From Terriglobia bacterium (lineage in GTDB: Bacteria; Acidobacteriota; Terriglobia; 20CM-2-55-15), in contig CBDAOY010000007.1 in the NCBI GenBank assembly GCA_965198225.1, forward strand, positions 704,001 through 768,000: DNA of 64,000 bases. Direction: 5' to 3'. Below are positions 1 through 8,960 of this stretch, in pieces. Below the pieces are notes generated by a model, which was not told where the DNA came from, did not search any database, and saw nothing but the letters and a program-made list of their open reading frames with translations. The position numbers and the translations under genes were made by a program. How positions within the stretch are numbered: the stretch's first letter is position 1; the number at the start of each line of letters is the position of its first letter.

Positions 1-1036
1 CTTGTCTGAAATCGTACATCAGCTTGAGCATTTCAGAGATCGTTTGATTCGTGTTGTCGTAGAGTGCCGGCTCGTTGATCAGTTTGCCCAGGGTTCCTTC
101 GCTGTTGGCGACATTCGAGACCATCGTGGAGACTTCCTCGGTCGCCGTCCGTAGATCATCGTAGAGTGCATCGTCCCGGCTCAGCTTCCCGAGCGTTCCT
201 TCGCCCATTTCCAACCGCGCGACGACGTTGTTCATGCGGCCGACGAGTTCGTTGGCCCGATCGTAGACCGACGGGTCGTTGATGAACTTCCCGAGCGTTC
301 CGTCGCCGCTTTCCACCTTTGTGACGAGAACGTCGATTCTCTGGACGGCTTCGTTCATCCGATCGTACATTTCCCGGTCATTCATCAGACTGCCGATCGT
401 GCCGTCCCCTGTCCGAGCGTTTTCCACCAACAAGCGCACTTCCTCGACTGTTGCGTTGGCATTGTCGTATATCGACGTATCGGTGAGCATCTTGCCCAGC
501 GTCCCTTCGCCCTGGCGGATCTGGGCGGCGATTTCCTGGATTTCTTCGCTCAGGACTTCCAGGTTCGCGATGATGTCGTTGGTTCCGGTGATGAGTTCGC
601 GGATGTCCCCGGTCGTTTGTCCCTGGATGGTTCCCTCGTCCGGGATACTGTCGCCGAGGCCGGGTCCCTTCTCGATCTCCACTATGCTGTCGCCGAGCAG
701 GCCGATCGAACCGATCGTCATGATCGAGTCGGACAGGATGATCTCCTGGAACTGGAGATCCAGACTCATCTCGACGGCCACGGATCGTTCCGGCTCAGGC
801 AGGTTGGTCACCCCGACCGAGCTGACGTTCCCGACGGTAACGCCTTCGAGCCACACCTCCGCGCCGTTGTTCATTCCGTTGACCGAAGGAAAGTAGGCCG
901 TGACGGTGTATTTCGGCGTGAAGAAACCAGCCTCGCCCCCCACGAAGAAGATCGCCGCGGCCAGGAGTGCAAAGCTGGCGATCACCAGCACGCCGACCCG
1001 TAACTCGGCCCAGGATATTGTTTGACGCCTTGCCAT
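1..1036 (-). CDS. mlaD: MlaD/MCE-family lipid transport protein (partial, runs off window start)
   Basis: Not in the ORF track. Manual translation from ATG at 1036 gives MARRQTISWAELRVGVLVIASFALLAAAIFFVGG...YTVTAYFPSVNGMNNGAEVWLEGVTVGNV (TM helix + MCE domain), then repeated G(T/S)LGKL helical segments. Lies downstream of mlaE/mlaF. Confidence 0.88.
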   Translation of the reverse strand, partial: MARRQTISWAELRVGVLVIASFALLAAAIFFVGGEAGFFTPKYTVTAYFPSVNGMNNGAEVWLEGVTVGNVSSVGVTNLPEPERSVAVEMSLDLQFQEIILSDSIMTIGSIGLLGDSIVEIEKGPGLGDSIPDEGTIQGQTTGDIRELITGTNDIIANLEVLSEEIQEIAAQIRQGEGTLGKMLTDTSIYDNANATVEEVRLLVENARTGDGTIGSLMNDREMYDRMNEAVQRIDVLVTKVESGDGTLGKFINDPSVYDRANELVGRMNNVVARLEMGEGTLGKLSRDDALYDDLRTATEEVSTMVSNVANSEGTLGKLINEPALYDNTNQTISEMLKLMYDFRQ

Positions 1037-1052
1037 GTTTTTCCCCTTTTTC

Positions 1053-1892
1053 TTACGCTAGAAACCGTTGGATGTACGGATCCTTCGACGCCCGGAGTAC
1101 CTCGTCCGGGCCGTCGAATACTATTTTCCCCTCGTGGAGCATCACCAACCGGGTATGGGCGAGGCAGAACGTACCGTCCTCCCGTATGAATTCGATGCTC
1201 CCGTCGGCCTCTTCCGCATATTCCGTCGCGAGCGTGAACGCGTCGCGCAGCCGATGGGTCACGAAAACGCTGGATACGCCTTCGATGTCCCGCAGCCGGA
1301 TGATCAGTTCATTGATCTTCCTCGAGGTAACGGGGTCGAGACCCGCAGTCGGTTCGTCATACAGCATGATGGCCGGTTCTGAAATCAGAGCGCGCGCGAG
1401 CGACACGCGACGCTTCATCCCGCCCGACAACTCGGATGGAAGCTTGTCGATGGCCTCAGCCAGGCCGACGAAACCCAACACCGTCCGGACGCGTTCCTCG
1501 ATCAGGTCCCCCTTCACTCCTAGCTCGAATAAACGATAGGCGACGTTTTCGAAGAGCGACATGGAGTCGAACAGACCCGATTCCTGGAAGACCATCCCGA
1601 CTTTGGGTCGGACTCGGCTCAGCTTGCGTTCGTTCATGTTCGTGATGTCTATCCCTTCGATCAGGACTTGCCCCTCGTCGGGCCGCTCCAGCCCCATCAT
1701 CAGTTTCAACATCGTGGACTTCCCCGATCCGCTGCCGCCGAGAATGATCTTGGTCTCTCCACGCAACAGTTTGAACGACACCCCATCGAGTACCGCTGCG
1801 TCCCCGTAGTACTTCGAAACATTGCGCAGCTCTAGTATGGGCCTCGAAGCCGTGTAAGATTCGTTCACGGACTTCTGATCCAACGTTTTCAT
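1053..1892 (-). CDS. mlaF: ABC transporter ATP-binding protein, MlaF/Mkl family
   Basis: Walker A GGSGSGKST, signature LSGGMKRR, Walker B MLYDEPTAGLDP. Likely start ATG 1892 (MKTLDQ) overlaps the mlaE stop; the longer track ORF N-terminus is a shadow of mlaE. Confidence 0.9.
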   Translation of the reverse strand: MKTLDQKSVNESYTASRPILELRNVSKYYGDAAVLDGVSFKLLRGETKIILGGSGSGKSTMLKLMMGLERPDEGQVLIEGIDITNMNERKLSRVRPKVGMVFQESGLFDSMSLFENVAYRLFELGVKGDLIEERVRTVLGFVGLAEAIDKLPSELSGGMKRRVSLARALISEPAIMLYDEPTAGLDPVTSRKINELIIRLRDIEGVSSVFVTHRLRDAFTLATEYAEEADGSIEFIREDGTFCLAHTRLVMLHEGKIVFDGPDEVLRASKDPYIQRFLA

Positions 1893-2644
1893 AGATATGT
1901 CAGGATGATCCGGGTCAGGAAAAAGTCGGAAACCAGGATGAGGATCGATGATACCACCACCGCCTGCGTGGTGGAACGGCCGACGCCTCGCGTTCCCCCG
2001 TAGGTGCGCATCCCGCAGTAACAACTGACCGTGGCCAGGATGCCGCCGAACACCACCGGCTTGAGCAGACCGCCGAGGATGTCGTCGTAGCTGAGCGCGT
2101 CCCAAGCCGAGTTCAGGTACATGTTGGGGCTGATCTGGAGCAGGAAAACTGCGACAAACAGACCTCCGATGATTCCCATCGCGTCGGCGACGATGGTCAG
2201 AAGCGGTTGCATCGTGACGGTTGCGAAGATCCTGGGAACGACCAACTTCTTGACTGGATCGGTTCCCAGCGCGCGCATCGCGTTGATCTGTTCCGTGACT
2301 TTCATCGAGCCCAGTTCCGACGCCATGCCCGAACCCACCCGGCCGGCTACCATTAACGCGGCGAGCACCGGTCCCAGCTCGCGCACGAGCGAAACCGACA
2401 CGAGCGATCCGGTAAAACCGATTGCACCGAATGTGGAGAGCGTCGATGCGGTTTGGAGGGTCAGGACGGCTCCGGTGAAGAAGCCGGTCAGCATGATGAT
2501 GGTCAGCGAACCGACTCCCACCCGATCCATCTGGATGAGGATGTCCCTGAAGTAGAACGGCCGACGGAAGGCCCCCCGGAAGGAACGGCCGGTCAAAACC
2601 GCTATTTCCTGGACCTCGATCACCGCGTCCTTCGGGCTGAGCAT
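1889..2644 (-). CDS. mlaE: MlaE-family ABC permease
   Basis: RELGPVLAALMVAGRVGSGMASELGSMKVTEQINAM and GVGRSTTQAVV motifs. Confidence 0.92.
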   Translation of the reverse strand: MLSPKDAVIEVQEIAVLTGRSFRGAFRRPFYFRDILIQMDRVGVGSLTIIMLTGFFTGAVLTLQTASTLSTFGAIGFTGSLVSVSLVRELGPVLAALMVAGRVGSGMASELGSMKVTEQINAMRALGTDPVKKLVVPRIFATVTMQPLLTIVADAMGIIGGLFVAVFLLQISPNMYLNSAWDALSYDDILGGLLKPVVFGGILATVSCYCGMRTYGGTRGVGRSTTQAVVVSSILILVSDFFLTRIILTYL

Positions 2645-2727
2645 AAGGCATCGTATCGGAAGATCCCTTTTATGGTCAACAGTTAGGCCCTAGTGCAGCT
2701 CCTTCCCGGTGGGCTATACTTGAGTCA

Positions 2728-3915
2728 ATGTTGAGCTTCAAAACAGCTGGCGAATCCCACGGACAGGCGCTGATCTCTATCGTCGAGGGGCTTCCGGCCA
2801 ATCTCGAATTCGACACGAATTTCATCAATGAAGAGCTTCGGCGGAGGCAGGGTGGCTTCGGGCGTGGTGGCCGAATGAAGATCGAGTCGGACCAGGTTCG
2901 AGTCCTCTCCGGGGTTCGACACGGTAAAACTCTCGGCAGCCCGCTCGCGATGATGGTCGAGAACCGCGATTGGGAGAACTGGCGCGACGTCATGTCGGTC
3001 GAACCCGTCACTCCCGAGGTCGCCGAGAAGCGACGGGTGACGCGACCGCGACCCGGCCACGCAGACCTGACCGGCTCCCAGAAGTTCGACCAATCCGACG
3101 CTCGAAACATCCTCGAGCGCTCCAGCGCCCGCGAGACGGCTGCCCGAGTGGCCGCCGGGGCCGTGGCCAAGCTCCTGCTGCGAGCCTTCGGCATCGAAGT
3201 CCTCAGTCACACCCGCTCGATCGGGGAAGTCCGTCTGGCGGAAGATTTTATGGTCGAGTGGGCGCAGTTGGAGGCTATTCGTGATGATCTCATCGTACGC
3301 TGCGTCCTTCCCGGCCATGCCAACCGCATGGTAGAGGAAATCAAGGCGGCCCAGCGCGACGGCGACACGATCGGCGGCACGTTCGAGGTGGTTGCTCGAG
3401 GAGTCCCCGTCGGATTGGGTGCGCACACCGGCTGGGAACAGAAACTTGATGGACGTCTCGCGCAGGCCGTGATGTCGATCAACGCTGTCAAGGCAGTGGA
3501 AGTCGGTGACGCAGTTCGTGTCGCCTTCAGCCGGGGCTCGTTGGCCCATGACGAGATCTCGTTTGATTCCGATACCCGTCGATTTGATCGGCTCACGAAC
3601 CGGGCCGGTGGGATTGAAGGCGGCATGAGCAACGGGGAGAACGTCCGCGTTGTCGGATACCTGAAACCGATCCCGACGCTGAAGAAGGCCTTGAAGTCGG
3701 TCGACATGGTGTCGAAGGAACCGTTCATGGCCCAGCATGAACGCTCCGACACCTGTACGGTTCCGGCTGCGGGTGTTATCGGAGAGACCATGGTGGCGCT
3801 GGTTCTCGCCCATGCGATGACGGAAAAGTTCGGCGGCGATTCGATTGATGAAAGTCTAAGAAACTACAGGGGATACCTCCAGCAATTGCGTGATTTCCCG
3901 ACCAGCGGTGATTGA
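2728..3915 (+). CDS. aroC: Chorismate synthase
   Basis: TAGESHG, RPRPGHADL, ERSSARET, NRAGGIEGGMSNG, KPIPTL motifs. Confidence 0.97.
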   Translation: MLSFKTAGESHGQALISIVEGLPANLEFDTNFINEELRRRQGGFGRGGRMKIESDQVRVLSGVRHGKTLGSPLAMMVENRDWENWRDVMSVEPVTPEVAEKRRVTRPRPGHADLTGSQKFDQSDARNILERSSARETAARVAAGAVAKLLLRAFGIEVLSHTRSIGEVRLAEDFMVEWAQLEAIRDDLIVRCVLPGHANRMVEEIKAAQRDGDTIGGTFEVVARGVPVGLGAHTGWEQKLDGRLAQAVMSINAVKAVEVGDAVRVAFSRGSLAHDEISFDSDTRRFDRLTNRAGGIEGGMSNGENVRVVGYLKPIPTLKKALKSVDMVSKEPFMAQHERSDTCTVPAAGVIGETMVALVLAHAMTEKFGGDSIDESLRNYRGYLQQLRDFPTSGD

Positions 3916-4017
3916 GCAAGTCGGGCATGTTAGGATTGATTTTCGAGGAGAACTCGCAACGTCCCGTTTGTAAGTCCCCAAAATGCTAGATGTCCAGTGC
4001 GCAGGGGGAAGTTCCTC

Positions 4018-4135
4018 TGATTGCAAATTTGGTTATTGGACGAATCCGCATTGGAAGTTGGAGATTGCAAATTGCTGGATTCCTCATTGGGTCGGAAATC
4101 TGAAATGAAGCAATCTCCAATGAGCGATCTCCAAT
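4018..4135. repeat. Degenerate heptamer array (GATTGCA/AATCTCC type), family B; similar arrays at ~22463-22615, ~31428-31482, ~50078-50140
   Basis: 7-nt periodic gattgca/aatttgg/gagattgcaaattg followed by the complementary aatctgaaat/gcaatctccaat units; intergenic. Confidence 0.55.
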
Positions 4136-4183
4136 GCGCATGGGCGAATGCCCATGCGCAGGGGGCACGACGCTAACAAAACG

Positions 4184-4693
4184 ATGAACAGAAAGATTGT
4201 CCGTTACGGTAACAACGTTCTTCAGCAGAAGGCCAAGGAGGTCGATAACATCACCGACGCTGAGGTTCAACTGGTGCGGGACATGGTCGAGACGATGTAC
4301 AAAGCCCCGGGCGTCGGCCTCGCCGCGCCGCAGGTCGGCGTCTCCCAGCGCATCATGGTGACTGATACAAGCGGCGGCGAAAAAGCAGACAATCTGCTCG
4401 TCATCGTCAACCCCGAGGTCGTCGCGAGCGATGGGGAACAGTACGAAGAAGAAGGCTGTCTCAGCATCCCGGGCTTTTCCGAGAGGGTCACACGGCCGAA
4501 GAAAGTCGTCATTCGCGGCCTGGACCTCGACGGGCGGGAGATCCTGCTCGAAGGGGAGGATCTGTTGGCCCGCGCCTTCTGTCACGAGATGGACCATCTG
4601 AACGGCGTCATGTTCCTCGACCACCTCAGCTTCATCAAGCGTGACCTCATCAAGCGTAAGATAAGGAAGCTCATCAAGCAGGACGAGTGGTAG
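4184..4693 (+). CDS. def: Peptide deformylase
   Basis: GVGLAAPQVG, EGCLS, HEMDHLNG motifs; start set at MNRKIVRYG. Confidence 0.96.
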   Translation: MNRKIVRYGNNVLQQKAKEVDNITDAEVQLVRDMVETMYKAPGVGLAAPQVGVSQRIMVTDTSGGEKADNLLVIVNPEVVASDGEQYEEEGCLSIPGFSERVTRPKKVVIRGLDLDGREILLEGEDLLARAFCHEMDHLNGVMFLDHLSFIKRDLIKRKIRKLIKQDEW

Positions 4694-4699
4694 ACGGCA

Positions 4700-5665
4700 A
4701 TGAAGCTCGTCTTCATGGGGACGGCGGACTTCGCCGTGCCTTCGCTCGGCGCCCTGAGGGAAGCCGGGCATGAACTCGTCGGAGTTTTCACCCAACCGGA
4801 CCGTCGCGCCGGTAGGGGGCGGAAGATGCGCCCTTCGCCGATCAAGGAAGCGGCGATTGAACTGGACCTGCCGATCCACCAACCCGATTCTCTCAAGACC
4901 GATGAAGCACGCGACCTCCTGACGAACCTGTCGCCTGTCTTGATCGCGGTTGTGGCTTACGGAAAGATCATTCCACGCTGGTTGATCGACCTCCCGCCCC
5001 GCGGCGTCGTCAACGTACATGGCTCTATCCTGCCGAGATACCGTGGCGCCGCTCCCGTCAACTGGGCCATTGCGAACGGGGAGAGCCGGACTGGGGTGTG
5101 CGCGATGCAGATCGACGAAGGCCTGGACACAGGCCCCGTGTACCTATGTGAAGAAACCGAAATCGATCCCGGCGACACGGCCCCGGTCCTATCGTCGCGG
5201 TTGGCCGCAATCGGTGCTTCGTTGCTGATCCGAACGCTGGAGGGAATCGAGGGCGGCACGCTTCTTCCGAAGCCCCAGGACGAGGGGCAAGCCACCCTGG
5301 CTCCACGGCTGACGAAACAGAATGGCGTCATCGAATGGAGCGAGACCGCCCAACAGATTCACGACAAGGTCCGGGCTTTTCTCCCGTGGCCTTCGGTGAC
5401 GGTACGATTCGGAGACACGCCATTCAAGATCCTTGAGTCGAGGCCGACGGGCGTAGTCGACAAGAAAAAAGAATCGCAAGTTGGGACGATCATTTTCGAA
5501 CAGAATCGTCTAAAAGTAACCTGCGGCGGCGGGAGCGTGCTTGAACTGCTGCAGCTTCAAGCGGAGAACCGCGGACCCGTGACCGGCGCCGAATTCGCGA
5601 ACGGGATGCGCATTCGAAGCGGGGCGATGTTTGCGTCGATCCGTGGCTGGTCGCCGGCGGGATAG
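4700..5665 (+). CDS. fmt: Methionyl-tRNA formyltransferase
   Basis: FMGTADFA, TQPDR, NVHGSILPRYRGAAP, GLDTG; follows def. Confidence 0.96.
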   Translation: MKLVFMGTADFAVPSLGALREAGHELVGVFTQPDRRAGRGRKMRPSPIKEAAIELDLPIHQPDSLKTDEARDLLTNLSPVLIAVVAYGKIIPRWLIDLPPRGVVNVHGSILPRYRGAAPVNWAIANGESRTGVCAMQIDEGLDTGPVYLCEETEIDPGDTAPVLSSRLAAIGASLLIRTLEGIEGGTLLPKPQDEGQATLAPRLTKQNGVIEWSETAQQIHDKVRAFLPWPSVTVRFGDTPFKILESRPTGVVDKKKESQVGTIIFEQNRLKVTCGGGSVLELLQLQAENRGPVTGAEFANGMRIRSGAMFASIRGWSPAG

Positions 5666-5732
5666 TCTCCGAGCGCGGTTTCCGCTTTTTCAGGTCCCGA
5701 CTTAGGCCGCGAAGTAGCTTACAATCGGCAAG

Positions 5733-6488
5733 ATGCATCGAACCCATCCGGAACCCGATGACGCGCACGACGATCGCTGGGCTCGACTGGCCGGCGTTCT
5801 GCTGATGGTGTCGGTCCTTGTGGCTGCCGGTCTCCTGAGTGCTTTGACCGCGATGCGGTTCGCCATCCGGGGTCAGGAGGTCGGCGTCCCCGACCTGGTT
5901 GGGAAGTCTCAGGTAGAGGCTGCCCGGATCCTGGCGGAACGGGGACTCGAACTCCGACTCTCCAGCCGTCGTTTCAGTTCCACCGTGCCAAAGGACCGAA
6001 TAATGGATCAGATTCCCGCGCCGGGTTCGCGACTGAAGCTGGAGCGCGGGGTCAAAGTGCTCTTGAGCCTGGGCGAGCGCCAATTCTCTGTTCCCGATCT
6101 CGAGGGTGCGAGCGTTCGTGCGACACAGTTGATGCTGACCGAGCGGGGTCTATCGGTCGGGAATACGCTGTTCGCGCACACCGACGCAGGCGAGGCATCG
6201 ACGATCGTCCACCAGTCGCCCCCAGCCGGGGACATCGGAGGAAGCGATCCGGCGGTGAACGTGCTGGTGTCGCTCGGCCCTCCTGCCGAGTACTACGTGA
6301 TGCCCGACCTTACCGGTCGACGGCTGGACGAAGTCGTCGAGCAGGTTCGAAACGAGGGGTTTCGGCTCGGAGAGGTGACATACGATCAACACCCGGGAAT
6401 CGAGCGGGGCCGCATCGTTCAACAACAGCCTCCCGTCGGTTACAAGTTGTCCAGATCCGATCCCATTCTTCTGGAAGTTAGCCAGTGA
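5733..6488 (+). CDS. Membrane-anchored PASTA-domain protein (3 repeats)
   Basis: N-terminal TM helix then three VPDL/MPDL...Q.P..G repeats; between fmt and rpe. Confidence 0.85.
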   Translation: MHRTHPEPDDAHDDRWARLAGVLLMVSVLVAAGLLSALTAMRFAIRGQEVGVPDLVGKSQVEAARILAERGLELRLSSRRFSSTVPKDRIMDQIPAPGSRLKLERGVKVLLSLGERQFSVPDLEGASVRATQLMLTERGLSVGNTLFAHTDAGEASTIVHQSPPAGDIGGSDPAVNVLVSLGPPAEYYVMPDLTGRRLDEVVEQVRNEGFRLGEVTYDQHPGIERGRIVQQQPPVGYKLSRSDPILLEVSQ

Positions 6489-7168
6489 CTGTACGCATTG
6501 CACCATCGATACTTTCCGCGAATTTCGCCACCCTGGCCGAGGAAATCCGCGTTGTAGAGGAGGCCGGGGCGCACTACATCCACGTGGACGTGATGGACGG
6601 GCACTTCGTTCCGAACATCTCGATCGGACCTCCGGTCGTATCCTCGATCCGCAAGGCGACGAGCCTGCCCTTGGACGTTCACCTGATGATTGCGGAACCG
6701 GATCGCTACATCCCGGCCTTTGTCGAGGCTGGAGCGAACATCGTCACGGTCCATGTCGAGGCGACAACGCATCTGGATCGTACGATCGAATTCATACGAA
6801 CCCACGACGTCCAGGCCGGCGTTGCCCTCAACCCTGCCACTCCCCTCGCAGCGGTGGAGCACGTGCTGGACATGCTGGATCTGGTCTTGATAATGACGGT
6901 CAACCCGGGGTTCGGAGGACAGAAGTTCATCCCCTACACCGCCCGGAAAGTCCGGCGATTGAGGGAATTGATCGAGGACGAGGGCTACGGCGCCGTCATC
7001 GAAGTCGATGGTGGAATTGACGTGGAAACGATCGCCGAGGTTGTGCCCGCCGGAGCCGAAATTCTCGTGGCGGGCTCGGCAATTTTCGGCAGTTCGGAGC
7101 CCGCTCTAGCAGTCAAGGAAATGTTGGCAAAGGCTTCTGCCCTCGGGTATCATTCTAAATACGCCTGA
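6485..7168 (+). CDS. rpe: Ribulose-phosphate 3-epimerase
   Basis: IAPSILSA, HVDVMDGHFVPN, MTVNPGFGGQKF, VDGGI. Confidence 0.97.
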   Translation: MTVRIAPSILSANFATLAEEIRVVEEAGAHYIHVDVMDGHFVPNISIGPPVVSSIRKATSLPLDVHLMIAEPDRYIPAFVEAGANIVTVHVEATTHLDRTIEFIRTHDVQAGVALNPATPLAAVEHVLDMLDLVLIMTVNPGFGGQKFIPYTARKVRRLRELIEDEGYGAVIEVDGGIDVETIAEVVPAGAEILVAGSAIFGSSEPALAVKEMLAKASALGYHSKYA

Positions 7169-7189
7169 TTAAAGGAGTTTCTTATTCCT

Positions 7190-8194
7190 ATGCGGAAGTT
7201 TTGGGTCGTGCTGCTGGCCCTGCTGTTGTGGGGTTGCGGCGGCTATCCCGACGATCTGGAAATCGGCGAAGAGGGCATTGATGAGCCTGATCGTATTCTC
7301 TATTTGAGGGCGCTTCACGACCTGCGCCGAGGTAAGAATATCCAGGCCCGTCTAGAGCTCAACGCCCTGATCAATACCTATCCCGACAGCGAATTCCTTC
7401 CCCAGGCGAAGTACGCCACCGCCGAGTCATTCTACCGGGACGGTGGCATGTCGGACATGGTTCAGGCAGAGGCCGAATTCAAAGACTACATCACGTTTTT
7501 CCCGACCAGTGACCTGGCCGACGATGCGCAGTTGATGATTGCCATGACGCATCTCCGCCAGATGGAAAAACCGGATCGGGACCCGACACAGTCGTTGATG
7601 GCAGAGCTGGAGTTGAAGAATTTCATATCCACCTATCCCGACAGCAATCTGCTGGATGAGGCGAAAGCGAAGCTGCGCGCGGTGCAGGAAGTCCTGGCGG
7701 AGGGTATCCTCAAAGTTGCGAATTTCTACTCCACCATCCGGTCCAACACCGCGGCCATCGACCGGTATCGGCAGGTCCTGGAAGATTATCCCGATTTCAC
7801 GAAGACACCGGACGCCCTGTTCCGTATGGCCGAAACAATGCGCCGCAGCGACAACGAAGGCGAATCGATCATTTACTACGCGCGGATCGTTCGTGACCAT
7901 CCGCTCTCCGAGCGGGTCGGGGAAGCAAAGGAACGACTGATCTCACTCAACCAGCCGATACCTGAGGTCAACTCCGCTGCGCTTGCCCGAGCCGAGGAGG
8001 CGCCACTGCCCGAGGGTCGGGGGCTGTTTGGCCGGATGTTCGGCATCCTCGGTCGTCGTCCGGACATATCGACCGAAACCACGGCGGCATCTATCATCCG
8101 GGAGAGTGAGGAAGGTGAAGGCACCGGAGAAGGAACCTTCGAAGTGGAGGGCAGAGTAATATCCGGGTCGAGTCCGCCCGGTGGAAATCTGTAG
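7190..8194 (+). CDS. bamD: Outer membrane protein assembly lipoprotein BamD
   Basis: Lipobox LWGC, TPR-like helices with YPDS motifs, PDRD motif. Confidence 0.85.
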   Translation: MRKFWVVLLALLLWGCGGYPDDLEIGEEGIDEPDRILYLRALHDLRRGKNIQARLELNALINTYPDSEFLPQAKYATAESFYRDGGMSDMVQAEAEFKDYITFFPTSDLADDAQLMIAMTHLRQMEKPDRDPTQSLMAELELKNFISTYPDSNLLDEAKAKLRAVQEVLAEGILKVANFYSTIRSNTAAIDRYRQVLEDYPDFTKTPDALFRMAETMRRSDNEGESIIYYARIVRDHPLSERVGEAKERLISLNQPIPEVNSAALARAEEAPLPEGRGLFGRMFGILGRRPDISTETTAASIIRESEEGEGTGEGTFEVEGRVISGSSPPGGNL

Positions 8195-8220
8195 AGGCAT
8201 CGAGGAATCAACTGGAATAT

Positions 8221-8248
8221 CGGGCGGCCATGTCGGCCGCCCGTTTTT
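8221..8248 (+). terminator. Rho-independent terminator after bamD
   Basis: cgggcggcc-atgtc-ggccgcccg stem followed by ttttt. Confidence 0.8.
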
Positions 8249-8304
8249 GTGGTAGAAGAAGTGATAAGTGACGAGTGACAAGTAAGAAGCATTTGATACT
8301 TCTT

Positions 8305-8336
8305 AACGGGCAACGGCCTACGGACAACGGCCTACG
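8305..8336. repeat. Heptamer array family A (ACGGCCT/ACGGACA/ACGGATA); copies also at 19067-19098, 19296-19327, 39164-39195, 45568-45598, 45717-45740, 46037-46069, 56872-56896
   Basis: Near-identical aacggcctacggacaacggcctacg strings in both orientations at gene boundaries. Confidence 0.8.
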
Positions 8337-8960
8337 ATGAAACGAACTATCCTGCTGGCCGACGACAGCCCGACGATTCAGCGCCTGGTTGCGCAGACGC
8401 TCGACGGCGGGAGCTTCGAGCTCGTTTCGGTCAACAACGGCGACGCTGCCGTCGAGAAGTTTGACGAGTTCCGGCCCTCCGCGGTCCTGGCCGACATATT
8501 CATGCCGGGGAAGAACGGCTATGAGGTCTGCTCCTTCGTAAAAGGGCATCCAGCGCTGGATCAGACGCCGGTCATCCTGCTGGTCGGCGCCTACGAAGCC
8601 TACGACGAGGACGAAGCCACCCGGGTCGGTGCCAACGGGCGCATCACCAAGCCGTTCGAGCCGCAGCAACTTCTGGACATGGTGACGTCGATGGTTCCGG
8701 ACGATCCCGTCGACGAGGTACTTTCGGTCACTGAAGATGACCCCGACGGCGGGGATCTACTCGGATTGGAGGCCTTGTTCCCGCCGGAGAAGCCGGAACC
8801 CAAGTACGGCGAGATTACAGAGGAAGAGATCGAAACAATAGCAGATCGTGTGATTCAGAAGCTGTCGACCGAAATCATCGAGGGAATCGCCTGGGACGTT
8901 GTTCCCGATATTGCAGAGAAGATCGTGCACGAGGAATTGAAGAGAAAAGATGAAAGTTGA
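8337..8960 (+). CDS. Response regulator receiver domain with acidic C-terminal extension
   Basis: [27 protein letters not shown]; C-terminal [11 protein letters not shown] helix; overlaps valS start. Confidence 0.88.
   Translation: MKRTILLADDSPTIQRLVAQTLDGGSFELVSVNNGDAAVEKFDEFRPSAVLADIFMPGKNGYEVCSFVKGHPALDQTPVILLVGAYEAYDEDEATRVGANGRITKPFEPQQLLDMVTSMVPDDPVDEVLSVTEDDPDGGDLLGLEALFPPEKPEPKYGEITEEEIETIADRVIQKLSTEIIEGIAWDVVPDIAEKIVHEELKRKDES

Noticed and set aside
1893-2651. Long N-terminal extension of the 532-aa ABC ATPase ORF
   Set aside because: Alternative-frame shadow of mlaE; the real ATPase starts near 1892
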